Origin: Alphaproteobacteria bacterium
GTDB lineage: Bacteria; Pseudomonadota; Alphaproteobacteria; MPNO01; UBA830
Assembly (NCBI GenBank): GCA_964291215.2
Contig: OZ219790.1
Location: forward strand, 896,001-960,000
Direction of reading: 5' to 3'
DNA length: 64,000 bases
In this document: positions 53,690 through 63,712 of the stretch, piece by piece
How the letters are laid out: the number at the start of each line of letters is the position of its first letter
Position numbering within the stretch: position 1 is the first letter of the stretch
Translations under genes and position numbers: made by a program
Notes under the pieces: model-generated
What the model saw: only the letters and a program-made list of their open reading frames with translations
Told to the model about the DNA's origin: nothing
Databases searched by the model: none

Positions 53690-55225
53690 TCAACTTGTAG
53701 CGGCGGCTTCGGTCATGGCCCGAAGTTGGCGGCGCAGAACCTTGTTGGCGGCATTGCGCGGAAGCTCATCCAGGAACACGTATCCGCGCGGGCGCTTGTA
53801 GTCGGCGAGCGGAGACGCTAGGCACCATGCATCAAGCGCTTCCCGGTCGGCGCCGTCGACCACCACGCACGCGACGACGCGTTCCGTCAGGCGTTCATCG
53901 GATACGCCGATCACGGCCACGTCGCGGACGCCGCCACACTGACGCAACACTGTCTCGATCTCCTCGGGGTGGATATTCTCGCCACCGGACACGATCATGT
54001 CATCGACACGTCCGCGCAACTCTAGATCTCCGTCCCCGAGCCGGACGGCGATGTCGCCAGTACGGTACCAGCCATCGACCACCTTCTCCGCGGTTGCGTC
54101 CGGCTGTCCCAGATAACCGGAGAACGTCGCGTCTGCCGCAGCGTCGACGAGGACCTCACCCTCCTCGCCGACATCGCACAGGTCGCCTGGTCCCGAGCCA
54201 ATGCGTCCGACGCGGACATCGGAGTAGAAACCCGGCCTGTATTTCGTCGGGCGTCCGGCAGGATCCGACATGTAAAGCGCATTCATTACCTCGGTCGTAC
54301 CGTAGATGTTGGTCATGCGCGCCCCGGGAAAGGCAGAACAGACGCGATCCAGAAGCGGGCCCGGCATCACCGCCCCGGCGTAGACCAGCGTCTCCACCGA
54401 TTGCACCTTGTCCTCCGAAAACCCGGCTGCGGCCAGCAGGGCATGGAAATGCGCTGGTGCGCCGTAAAGGAACGTGATCCGGTCGCGTTCAATACAATCG
54501 ACGGCAGCGGCCGGGTCGAACATCGAATGCACGTAATATGTGCCGTTCATGGTCAATGTGCAGAGGAATGCCGAGTAGAGCCCAACCGCATGGAAAAGCG
54601 GCATGAGCCCGATGGAACGGTTATGGTTGCCATGGCGCAGGCCGCACTGGGTGGAAACATAGAGGATCCGCGCGTCGGTCACGCGATGCGGCAGCATCAC
54701 GCCCTTCGGAAGGCCGGTGGTTCCCGACGTGTAGAGCACGAGCGACAGCGCGTCGGGATCAGGCTGCGACCATGGTGCAAGATCGGCGGGGTTGCCGCGC
54801 CTGGAGGCAAGATCGGCAACCCCCGACACCGTGCCGCCGACGCAAAGCACCCGACCGTTACCGACCGCCTCGCCTGCAGCAGCGGCCATGGCCTCATCGG
54901 CCATGCATATAGCCAGGCGCGCTTTGCCGACTTGCATCAGCGCCCGCGCTTCGTCGGGCTTCAGGCGCGGATTGATCAGGCAGGGTACGGCTCCGAGTCG
55001 GTGCAGGGCAAGGATCACAATGACGTGTTCCCAAATGTTCGGGAGCATGACAGCGGCACGTTCTCCCGGCGAGAGTCCGCCAGCAGCAAGGCCGGCTGCC
55101 ACGACCTCGGCCTCCGCGACGAGTTCGGAAAAGGACGCCGTGCGCGGACCGCGATCGTCGACCATTGCCGTTCGGTCCGGCGTGCGCGCCGCGGCCAGTC
55201 GAACATGATCCCAGACTGCCTGCAT
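53690..55225 (-). CDS. Aryl-CoA ligase closely resembling 4-chlorobenzoate:CoA ligase (FcbA-like)
   Basis: YTSGTTGLPK, STQCGLRHGNHN, GLMPLFH, NIYGTTEVMNALY, SGGENIHP. Confidence 0.82.
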   Translation of the reverse strand: MQAVWDHVRLAAARTPDRTAMVDDRGPRTASFSELVAEAEVVAAGLAAGGLSPGERAAVMLPNIWEHVIVILALHRLGAVPCLINPRLKPDEARALMQVGKARLAICMADEAMAAAAGEAVGNGRVLCVGGTVSGVADLASRRGNPADLAPWSQPDPDALSLVLYTSGTTGLPKGVMLPHRVTDARILYVSTQCGLRHGNHNRSIGLMPLFHAVGLYSAFLCTLTMNGTYYVHSMFDPAAAVDCIERDRITFLYGAPAHFHALLAAAGFSEDKVQSVETLVYAGAVMPGPLLDRVCSAFPGARMTNIYGTTEVMNALYMSDPAGRPTKYRPGFYSDVRVGRIGSGPGDLCDVGEEGEVLVDAAADATFSGYLGQPDATAEKVVDGWYRTGDIAVRLGDGDLELRGRVDDMIVSGGENIHPEEIETVLRQCGGVRDVAVIGVSDERLTERVVACVVVDGADREALDAWCLASPLADYKRPRGYVFLDELPRNAANKVLRRQLRAMTEAAATS

Positions 55226-55635
55226 TGCGGTACTTCCCGTTTCCTTCGCGCAAACCTTATCGACGACAGTATAGCGGGGTGGCACGATGCAGGAATATAG
55301 CTGCCGCGGGCGGCGCGCCCCGGGACCTCCAGACCAACAGCGTCGGCCTGCCCGGAAATCATGCCGAATTTGCCGGACAGCAGCGGGGATGACGGCCAAG
55401 TGACCGAACCCCGTTGCGACCGGGAACCCGCCGGAAACTCTGTCCCGGAACAGGCGAATACGTGAGACGCCCTGCTCCTCGCATCACCCCCCGGCGACAT
55501 ACCGCGATAGCGGCCGGCGTCGGACCCTGATGACAGGGTGGGATTGATCCCATCCGGAAGATTTTCTCTTGTTGTTAAAATATTTCTAGTCTAGAAATTT
55601 TGGTTTCAAAATGCCTTGCTGAAGGGTCGGACGCA

Positions 55636-57036
55636 ATGTCTGAAAACCTGGAACTGCTCGACCGCATCGAGGAACACTGTCGACGCAACCGGATTTCGGA
55701 AACGACATTCGGACGCCACGCAGTCAATGACGGCAAGTTTGTTGGCCGCCTCCGTGCAGGAGGGCGCGTGACCACCGCGGTCGTCGCGCAAGTGGAGGAG
55801 TTCATGGAAAAGACAGCGGACGACCGGAATTCGATGCAGACCTACGATCCCCGGATCGGCTCCCCGTCCCCGACGGCGGAGGCAGCAACTTCGGATCCCG
55901 GGAACAGCGAACAGAAGCGACATTTCCGGTTCTATGACAATCGCCAGAAATACCTCCTCTTCGTCAATACCTGCTCGGAAAAGTGGGCAGTGGCGGACCG
56001 CGTCGGCCAGGAGCTGAAACGCCTCCGGGTCCGGCCACCGGCGCTCAGGGTCTTCGACGCCGGCATGGGCGACGGCACCGTGCTCACCCGGGTAATGCGG
56101 AACATGCACCACCTTCATCCGACCGTGCCGTTCTATATCGTCGGCAAGGAAATCAGCCTTGAGGACGTGCGGCTCACGCTTGAGAAATTGCCCGACCGGT
56201 TCAACGAGCATCCGGCAACTGTCGTCGTGATCACCAACATGTTCTACAGCGAGGCAACCGCACTGACGCCGCACGCGCCGGAGGATGCGGCGCGGCTCAA
56301 CTGGCGGGAGGTGGCGCTCGTCGGAGATTCTTCGCATGACTTTGCCGACCAGATTGCCGATCTCGAATCGGAAATTGCTGAGGGCTGGCAGGTACGGACG
56401 AGCGCGAAGTCCGGCAATCCGCTCTATATCCGGCCGTCGGTGCTCATCCTGTATCGCAACGACCACAAGATCCTGCTCGACAGCATCATCCCGCGCCCCG
56501 GCCTGGCGAGCCGCGACTACAACCTGATCATCGCCTCGCAGCCATACCGGGCGCGCGCGTCCCTGGACCTCAAGGTCAGGCGCGTGCTGGCACCGCTGGC
56601 CCGGGCGTTGGCTCCGGGCGGGCGGATGCTGACCATCCATTCCCACGGCAACGATCCAGGGCTTGAGATCATCCGCCACGTCTGGCCGGACGAGGATCCC
56701 TTCCACCACAGCCGCCACACCCTCCTCTCGGCGCTGAAGAAGGGGCTCGGACGTGGCGGCCAAGGGCTGAACTTCGGGCCGGGCGCGGACCGGAGCGCGC
56801 TATTTCGCTACGTCATGCACACGCTGCCAACCGAGATCGGATCCTCGATCGGAACGTCGACGCTGCTGGCAGCCTGGAACGCCGCCGTCTATGTCGCCCA
56901 GATCGAGGATGTGCGCCTTGAACCGGTGATGGCCGACGGAAGGTATCTTGACGCTACCCGCAAGGTCCTCCAAAAACACGGTGGCCTATGGTTTCTCGAC
57001 GAATCCTTCGTCGTCTCAAGGAGAGGCAACGCATGA
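55636..57036 (+). CDS. N-terminal HTH-like domain fused to a class I SAM-methyltransferase-like domain
   Basis: ISETTFGRHAVNDGKFVGRLRAG N-domain, low-complexity linker, then VFDAGMGDG and IIASQPY. Confidence 0.7.
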   Translation: MSENLELLDRIEEHCRRNRISETTFGRHAVNDGKFVGRLRAGGRVTTAVVAQVEEFMEKTADDRNSMQTYDPRIGSPSPTAEAATSDPGNSEQKRHFRFYDNRQKYLLFVNTCSEKWAVADRVGQELKRLRVRPPALRVFDAGMGDGTVLTRVMRNMHHLHPTVPFYIVGKEISLEDVRLTLEKLPDRFNEHPATVVVITNMFYSEATALTPHAPEDAARLNWREVALVGDSSHDFADQIADLESEIAEGWQVRTSAKSGNPLYIRPSVLILYRNDHKILLDSIIPRPGLASRDYNLIIASQPYRARASLDLKVRRVLAPLARALAPGGRMLTIHSHGNDPGLEIIRHVWPDEDPFHHSRHTLLSALKKGLGRGGQGLNFGPGADRSALFRYVMHTLPTEIGSSIGTSTLLAAWNAAVYVAQIEDVRLEPVMADGRYLDATRKVLQKHGGLWFLDESFVVSRRGNA

Positions 57037-57935
57037 GCCAACTCATGGAAGCGTTCTCCGCGGGACGCTTCATCATCACTGCGGAGCTATCGCCCCCCGT
57101 CTCGGCGTCCGCCGACGACCTCCGGTCCAGAGCCACCGTGCTGGAAGGCCGTGTCGACGCCGTCAACATCACCGATGGCGCCAGCGCACGCGCCCACATG
57201 TCCAGCGTCGCCGCCGCCGCCCTCCTTCTCCGGCAGGGAACCGAACCCGTGCTGCAAATGACATGCCGCGACCGCAACCGGATCGCGCTCCAGAGCGATC
57301 TTCTCGGTGCCGCCGCGCTCGGCATCGAGAACGTCCTGATCCTGCGTGGCGACGACCCGTCGGCAGGCGACCAGCCGAATGCCAAGCCGGTCTTCGACCT
57401 CGAAAGCCGCGACCTGATGGAAACCGCGCGCTGCATGCGCGACGAGGGCATGCTGCCGTCCGGCCGCCGCATCGCGTCGCCCCCGGCCCTAGTCATCGGC
57501 GGCGCCGACACTCCGATGGACCCGGACGCCGGACATTGGAAACCAGACAGCCTCCTCGCCAAGCTCGAAGCTGGTGCGCATTTCATCCAGACGCAGTTCT
57601 GCTTCGACGAAGGCATTGTGCGCCGATACGCCGCGGCACTCGTGGACCACGGCATAACCGAGCGCTGTGCGGTCGTGATCGGAATCGGCCCCATTGCGTC
57701 GGCAAGATCGGCCCGCTGGATGCGCGAGAACCTCTGGGGCACGACCATTCCAGACCCGCTGATCGAACGCCTCGAAGCGGCGGACGACGAAAAGGCGGAG
57801 GGAACGCGGATCTGCGCGGAGCTCATCGCCGCCTATTCCCGGATAGAGGGCGTCGCAGGCGTTCACCTGATGGCGCCTCTGGGTATTGACGCCATCCCCG
57901 CCGCAATAGAAGAGTCGGGAGTGAGGAACGGCTGA
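57033..57935 (+). CDS. metF: Methylenetetrahydrofolate reductase
   Basis: ITAELSPP, NITDG, TCRDRNRIALQ, LRGDD, FIQTQF. Confidence 0.9.
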   Translation: MSQLMEAFSAGRFIITAELSPPVSASADDLRSRATVLEGRVDAVNITDGASARAHMSSVAAAALLLRQGTEPVLQMTCRDRNRIALQSDLLGAAALGIENVLILRGDDPSAGDQPNAKPVFDLESRDLMETARCMRDEGMLPSGRRIASPPALVIGGADTPMDPDAGHWKPDSLLAKLEAGAHFIQTQFCFDEGIVRRYAAALVDHGITERCAVVIGIGPIASARSARWMRENLWGTTIPDPLIERLEAADDEKAEGTRICAELIAAYSRIEGVAGVHLMAPLGIDAIPAAIEESGVRNG

Positions 57936-57955
57936 TCCGGGCCGGGGAGAATGTG

Positions 57956-59083
57956 ATGAGCAACGCGAGACCCTTCTTTCGCGCCGACCAGGTCGGCAGC
58001 CTGCTTCGCCCGCAGCGCCTCCTCGATGCCCGCCAGAAATGGCAGGCAGGCGAGATGGGCCGCGACGAGCTGCGCGAAATCGAGGACGACGCGATCGCAG
58101 AATGCGTACGGCTTCAGGAGAAAATCGGTCTCGAGGCAATTACTGATGGCGAGTTCCGGCGCGAAAACTGGTGGATCGACTTCATCTCGGCGATCGACGG
58201 AATCGAGATTAGCGCCCCGGACACCGAGGCGGGTTTCTTCAGCGACAAGGACAACCAGGGCGGCTATGTTCCCAAGAATGTCCTCACGACCTGCAAGCTC
58301 GGCGGCGGCGGCGCGATCTCGGTCGCCGATTTTGAATTCCTCAAGGCGCAGACGTCGAGAACACCGAAGGTGATGATCCCGTCGCCAAGCCGCATCCATT
58401 TCCATGGCGGCCGCGCTGCCGTCGACGCCGATGTCTATCCATCCATGGATGATTTCTGGAACGACATCGCGGCCGTCTACCAGGCTGAGATCGCTGCCCT
58501 CGAGGCCTGCGGCTGCACCTACATACAGATTGACGACCCGGTACTTACCTATTTTCTCGACGACCGTCTGCGCGGGAACGTCGGCGATATCGGCGAGGAT
58601 CCCGACTTGCTCCTCGGACTCTACGGCGATGTCCTCGGTGCCTGCATTTCCCGGCGTTCCGCCAACACCACGATCGCGATTCATCTCTGCCGCGGCAACG
58701 CGCAGAGCCAGTGGATCGCCGCCGGCAGCTACGACCGCATGGCTGCGGAGCTGTTTCCGCGGCTCGCGGTCGATTCCTGGTTCCTCGAGTATGACGACGA
58801 GCGGTCGGGCGGTTTCGAGCCGCTCCGCCACATTCCGGACGGCACGAAGGTCGTTCTCGGCCTCGTCACCACCAAGACCGGACGCATGGAGGACCGCGAC
58901 GAAATTCGGGCGCGAATTGCCGAAGCCGCAAAAGTGGTTCCGCTCGAGAATCTGGGCCTCAGTCCGCAGTGCGGTTTCGCATCGATCGATATCGGCAACA
59001 AGATTGCCTTCGACGATCAGAACGCCAAGCTCGGGATGATCGTCAAGATTGCCGCCGAGGTGTGGGACGATGCGGCTTCGTGA
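57956..59083 (+). CDS. Single-barrel cobalamin-independent methionine-synthase family protein (YxjH-like)
   Basis: RADQVGSLLRP, TDGEFRR; Zn ligands in HLCRGN, LEYDDER and SPQCGF. Confidence 0.88.
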   Translation: MSNARPFFRADQVGSLLRPQRLLDARQKWQAGEMGRDELREIEDDAIAECVRLQEKIGLEAITDGEFRRENWWIDFISAIDGIEISAPDTEAGFFSDKDNQGGYVPKNVLTTCKLGGGGAISVADFEFLKAQTSRTPKVMIPSPSRIHFHGGRAAVDADVYPSMDDFWNDIAAVYQAEIAALEACGCTYIQIDDPVLTYFLDDRLRGNVGDIGEDPDLLLGLYGDVLGACISRRSANTTIAIHLCRGNAQSQWIAAGSYDRMAAELFPRLAVDSWFLEYDDERSGGFEPLRHIPDGTKVVLGLVTTKTGRMEDRDEIRARIAEAAKVVPLENLGLSPQCGFASIDIGNKIAFDDQNAKLGMIVKIAAEVWDDAAS

Positions 59084-59096
59084 CGGAATCCAGAAA

Positions 59097-60683
59097 ATGA
59101 CCACATCAATCACCGCCGCGGCACTCAAGGGCATGCTGCATGACGGCACCGAACTTGCCCTACTCGACGTGCGCGAGGACGGCCAGTTCGGCATCGATCA
59201 CATGCTGCACGCCGTGCCCTGCCCTTACAGCACGCTCGAGGCCCGGGTCCGCGAACTGGTTCCGCGCAAGAACGTTCGCACCGTTCTGGTTGACGAGGGC
59301 GACGGCGTGGCTTGGAAGGCAGCGGCAAGACTCGCCGGTCTGGGATACACCGACATCGCCGTCCTTGCCGGTGGTAACCGGTCATGGTGCGAGGCCGGAT
59401 ACGAGAGCTTCGAAGGCGTCAACGTGCCGTCAAAGGCGTTCGGCGAGATCGTCGAGCAGGTCGAGGGAACCCCGCACATCAACGCGGACGAACTGCACGG
59501 GATGATCGATCGCGGCGAAAACCTGGTCATTCTCGACGGACGGACGCCGGCGGAACACAACCGGATGTCGATTCCGGGCGGAATCTCGGTGCCAAATGCC
59601 GAGATGGTCCTCCGGGTCCACGATCTCGCTCCGGACCCCGACACCACGATTGTGGTCAACTGCGCCGGGCGGACGCGATCGATCATCGGCGCCCAGGGTC
59701 TGATCAACGCCGGAATCCCCAACCGGGTGGTCGCGCTCAGGGCCGGCACGATGGGCTGGACTCTGGCCGGCCACGCGCTGGAACATGACAGCAGCCGGCG
59801 CTATCCCGGTTCGGTGAGCAGTGCGGCGCGCGTGGCGGCGTCAGGCTACGGCGGAAAACTGCTCCGCGAATGCGGCATATCGGCGATCGACACCGATACT
59901 CTCGAACGATGGCGGGCCGACGAAGACCGCACCCTGTTCTTTTTTGACGTGCGTGCGGAGGACGAGTTCCTTGCCGGGCACCCTCCGGGGGCCACTCATG
60001 CCCCGGGCGGACAGCTCGTCCAGGCAACCGACCGGTGGTGCGGCGTATGGGGCGCACGAATCGTGCTGTTCGACACGCCGCCAGGCGCGCGCGGAGCCAT
60101 CACCGCGTACTGGCTCAGGCAGATGGGTTGGGACGTCTACGTGCTCATCGGGGAACCGGACAGCGCGCCCGGACAAACCCTTGACGGACCGGTTCCGGAG
60201 CCGCCCGTGATCGACACGATCACGACCGGCGAACTCGCGGACGCCATCGCGGCGAACAACGCCGTCGTCATTGATGTCGGCCATTCGATGGATCACCGCG
60301 CCGGTCACCTGCCGACCGCGGCATGGGCGATCAGGCCCCGCTTCGAGCGTGTCGCGATCCCACCGGACTGGCCGGTCGTCGTCTATTCGGAGCACGAGAC
60401 CCGCGCCAGGCTGGTGGCGCACGATCTGGTCGAGTCCGGAATCGGCAGCGTCGCGGTCCTCTCGGGTGGCCGGAGCGCATGGGTGGCGGAAGACCGGCCG
60501 CTCAAGGCATCGCCGGACGTGCCAACTGACGAGGAGGCGATCGATTTCCTGTTCTGGGTGTCGAGCCGCCACCAGGGCGACGATGCGGCAGCGCTGGCCT
60601 ACCTCGCCTGGGAAGAAAATCTTCCCGCTCAGATTGCCGCCGACGGCGACGCGCGATTTGTCATAGCGCCGCCATCGCCCTGA
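59097..60683 (+). CDS. Four-domain rhodanese/sulfurtransferase
   Basis: Repeated DVR/DGR rhodanese starts; catalytic NCAGRTRS; C-terminal YLAWE. Confidence 0.88.
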   Translation: MTTSITAAALKGMLHDGTELALLDVREDGQFGIDHMLHAVPCPYSTLEARVRELVPRKNVRTVLVDEGDGVAWKAAARLAGLGYTDIAVLAGGNRSWCEAGYESFEGVNVPSKAFGEIVEQVEGTPHINADELHGMIDRGENLVILDGRTPAEHNRMSIPGGISVPNAEMVLRVHDLAPDPDTTIVVNCAGRTRSIIGAQGLINAGIPNRVVALRAGTMGWTLAGHALEHDSSRRYPGSVSSAARVAASGYGGKLLRECGISAIDTDTLERWRADEDRTLFFFDVRAEDEFLAGHPPGATHAPGGQLVQATDRWCGVWGARIVLFDTPPGARGAITAYWLRQMGWDVYVLIGEPDSAPGQTLDGPVPEPPVIDTITTGELADAIAANNAVVIDVGHSMDHRAGHLPTAAWAIRPRFERVAIPPDWPVVVYSEHETRARLVAHDLVESGIGSVAVLSGGRSAWVAEDRPLKASPDVPTDEEAIDFLFWVSSRHQGDDAAALAYLAWEENLPAQIAADGDARFVIAPPSP

Positions 60684-60860
60684 TCCCGAATCTCGGGCGC
60701 GGCCGACCGCAACAAACCCACCTGCCCTTTCTCGCGCCGGTCTCCCGAATACAGAAGATGCGCAGCCGGACCGGCCGGGGCAGATTCTGGTCAGGGTGTT
60801 TTCCTGTCCGGACAACTCGGGCACTATGGCGACCTGCCGTGACTTCGGGGGAAGTGGCCG

Positions 60861-62069
60861 ATGGCGATACCGCTCAGCCTTCACGAAACGACATCCGAGG
60901 ATTTCGTCGTAAGCGCAGCAGCCCTGCGGCCGCTGATCGCGGACAAGTCCGCCGCCGCGGAAGATGCGCGGCAGGTTCCCGAGGAGGTAATCGACGAAGT
61001 CAGGAAGGGCGGCTTCTTCCGACTGCTGCAGCCGAAGCGCTTCGGCGGGCTCGAACGCGATTCCGCCACCGTGATGCGCTGCGTGATCGAATGGGCATCC
61101 GCCGACGCATCAATCGGGTGGGTCTGTGCCCTTGGCGTCGTGCACCAGTGGCTGGTTGCCCAGTTCCCGATACGTTGCCAGGAGGATGTCTGGGGCGGTG
61201 ACCCTGACGCCATCGTCTGCGGATCCTATGCGCCGGCGGGCGAATGCCGCTCTGCCGACGGCGGCTATCGGGTGTCGGGGAAGTTCCGATTCGCCAGCGG
61301 CGTCGACGTCATGGACTGGGCGGTCATCGCCCTTTTCTTTCCGCCCGACGAAAAGGACGGGAGCCCGATGCCGGGTTTCGCGATGGTTCCGAAGGCTGAT
61401 TTCTCGATCGAGGACGACTGGCACGTGATGGGTCTGGCCGGCACCGGATCGAAGACCATAGTCTGCGACGACATGTTGGTTCCGCGGCATCGCCGGGTCA
61501 CGTTCGCCGAGCTCGCCTCCGGCAATTCGCCGGGCTATCAGGCCCTCGGGAGCAACCTATACCGCTATCCGTTGCTGTCGATCATCGCCTACGGTATCGC
61601 CACTCCGGCGCTGGGCTGCCTCAACGGTGCGCTAGACACCTTCCTCGACGAGATAGGCACTCGCGTCACGCGGGGGGCCGTGGTTCTGGGAGGCAAGAAT
61701 GTCCGCGATTTCCAGGCCGTGCAGATGCGGGTCGGAAGAGCAGCCGCCAACCTCAAGGCGGCCCGGGCAATGCTCTTCGAGCAGCTCGAACTGTCGCGCG
61801 CAAAGATCATCGACCAGGGCGAGACCCTTTCGGTCCGCGACCGCCTGGAGAACCGGATCACGCAGGCAAAGCTCGTCGAACTTTCGGTTGAAGGGCTCGA
61901 TGAGCTGTTCGGCGCCGTTGGCGGACAGGGAATTCACCTGTCCCGGCACATCCAGCGCGCCTGGCGCGACGCCCACGCTGTCGCCCATCATGTGAGCTTC
62001 AACTGGGATGCACTCAGCGCCATGTACGGGCAAAGCCTGCTCGGCCTAGAACCCGAAGGCCAGTACTAA
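60861..62069 (+). CDS. Acyl-CoA-dehydrogenase-fold flavin-dependent monooxygenase (HsaA-like)
   Basis: LLQPKRFGG, FASGVD, DDWHVMGLAGTGS, IQRAWRDAHA. Confidence 0.9.
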   Translation: MAIPLSLHETTSEDFVVSAAALRPLIADKSAAAEDARQVPEEVIDEVRKGGFFRLLQPKRFGGLERDSATVMRCVIEWASADASIGWVCALGVVHQWLVAQFPIRCQEDVWGGDPDAIVCGSYAPAGECRSADGGYRVSGKFRFASGVDVMDWAVIALFFPPDEKDGSPMPGFAMVPKADFSIEDDWHVMGLAGTGSKTIVCDDMLVPRHRRVTFAELASGNSPGYQALGSNLYRYPLLSIIAYGIATPALGCLNGALDTFLDEIGTRVTRGAVVLGGKNVRDFQAVQMRVGRAAANLKAARAMLFEQLELSRAKIIDQGETLSVRDRLENRITQAKLVELSVEGLDELFGAVGGQGIHLSRHIQRAWRDAHAVAHHVSFNWDALSAMYGQSLLGLEPEGQY

Positions 62070-62209
62070 ACCGTATGCCAAGGACAGCCAGCGAGCTCCG
62101 CGTCTGGAGACCCTGTCCCGGCGTTCGGCGATTGGCATCATGAATTCTGCCGAACTCGCCCCTGAAGCAGGCGTGCCCGGCGGTAGCCATTGGCTTCGAC
62201 GGCGAAAGT

Positions 62210-62274
62210 CAGTTCCCTGAGCAGGTGGGACCCGGGCGCGGGCAAGACCATCATGGCAGGGCTGCTGATCAAGG
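62210..62274 (+). pseudogene. Tiny SNF2-helicase motif-I remnant
   Basis: Translates DPGAGKTIMAGLLIK and is cut by an IS66-type end at 62275. Confidence 0.55.
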
Positions 62275-62678
62275 GTAAGCGTTCGTTCGTACGGTGATGT
62301 GTTGTTTTTTCCGTCCGTTTGACGGGCTTTTGTCAGGGAGTTCCAGCGTCACCCGAAGCGGTTTCGTGCACCGGGATGCGCGGTGAGGTGGGCGGGCACT
62401 GGCGGCGAAATCGGGCTATGCGCACAGGACCGTGTAGACAGGATCACGCGAGTATGCGCAGAAAACCGCAAATGCCGCAAACGCGCGCCTCGATTGCATG
62501 ACCTTCTCAGGCGGATATGTCCTTCGGGGACGGGCTGAGTTGCCATCGGACACCGCCGACCAATCTCTTGCCGGCGGCATCCTCCTATCGCAAGGCAATT
62601 TCCGAAATGGTGCCGCCCGTTACTCCCCTTTTCCACGGCATCGATCGACATGCAGGTCCAAGTCGCAAACCGCGACAG

Positions 62679-63656
62679 CTAACCGCCAACCTTGAGTCCA
62701 AGTTCCCGAATCGCCTTCAGGGCTCCCGGATGATACGGCGCCACCTCCGGCAGTGCAAAGGCTGCTGGCTTGAGGCGGTTGAAGGCGCCCATGGATTTGG
62801 CGAGGTGGGCCTTGTTGATGGCAAGAGCCTTGGTAATCTTGTAGACGGTCTCGGGATCCGCATCCTTGTGCGTGAACAGCACATAGTCGATCTCGACAAT
62901 GTTGGTCGGCTTCTTGATACCCGGCATCTTGGTGTTCGATTCGCGGACGATTCTGGCGGCCGGCATGTACTTGCGGAACCGTTCAAAGGCCTCGGGTGAC
63001 GCATCCATATCGAGATAAACGAAGCCGCCGCGGCCGCGCAGCTGGGTATTGACCTTGCGGCCAGCGCCAGAGCCAAGACTGATCCAGCTGATATCGGTCT
63101 TGCCCTCGCCGAGCGCAAGCATGCCCTTTGCAAAGCCGGACACAGGAACCTTCTTGAAGTCGGCATAGGACAGCTTCCCGTTGGCGAGCGCGCCCTTGAT
63201 GAATATCTCGATGATGCTCAGCGAGGTATATTCCGAGGTAATGCGCTTGCCGCGAAGCTTGCTGAGATCGTAAATGGACTCGGCGTCAAAATCGGCCACC
63301 GTTACGATACCGGTGCGCAACGGAAACATCAGTCCGATCATGCGCAGATTGGGTTGCGGACGTCCGTCGAAGGTCGCGATCCCGTTATAGGCATAATAGG
63401 TCTCCAAGCCGTTGGAGAACCCGAAATCGACCTCGCCGCGATTGATGATCGGGATATAGGTGGTCGACCCGCCCATCGGTTGCGGCCGGCCGGTTATCCC
63501 CGGAGCCTTCGCCGAAACTGTCTTGGCTACCGCAATCCCGGTACGGTAGCCGAGACTGCCCTGAGGGTTGGTAGCGAATACCGCAACTTGCGCTACGGCT
63601 GCACCGGCACAGGCAACGGTTGCAGCGAGCGCAACTGCGAACAACGAAACTCTCAT
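62679..63656 (-). CDS. TAXI-family TRAP solute receptor
   Basis: Signal peptide; ATNPQGS, GEVDFG, LRGKRI, PYHPGALK. Confidence 0.88.
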   Translation of the reverse strand: MRVSLFAVALAATVACAGAAVAQVAVFATNPQGSLGYRTGIAVAKTVSAKAPGITGRPQPMGGSTTYIPIINRGEVDFGFSNGLETYYAYNGIATFDGRPQPNLRMIGLMFPLRTGIVTVADFDAESIYDLSKLRGKRITSEYTSLSIIEIFIKGALANGKLSYADFKKVPVSGFAKGMLALGEGKTDISWISLGSGAGRKVNTQLRGRGGFVYLDMDASPEAFERFRKYMPAARIVRESNTKMPGIKKPTNIVEIDYVLFTHKDADPETVYKITKALAINKAHLAKSMGAFNRLKPAAFALPEVAPYHPGALKAIRELGLKVGG

Positions 63657-63712
63657 GACACCCTCCTCGATCGCGGGATCTTCCCTGAGCCTACGCATGG
63701 CTGGATTGGTGG

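Noticed and set aside
55400-55635. SAM or cobalamin riboswitch upstream of the metF cluster
   Set aside because: I could not find the conserved core motifs of SAM-II/SAM-alpha or cobalamin riboswitches by eye; an Rfam scan would be needed
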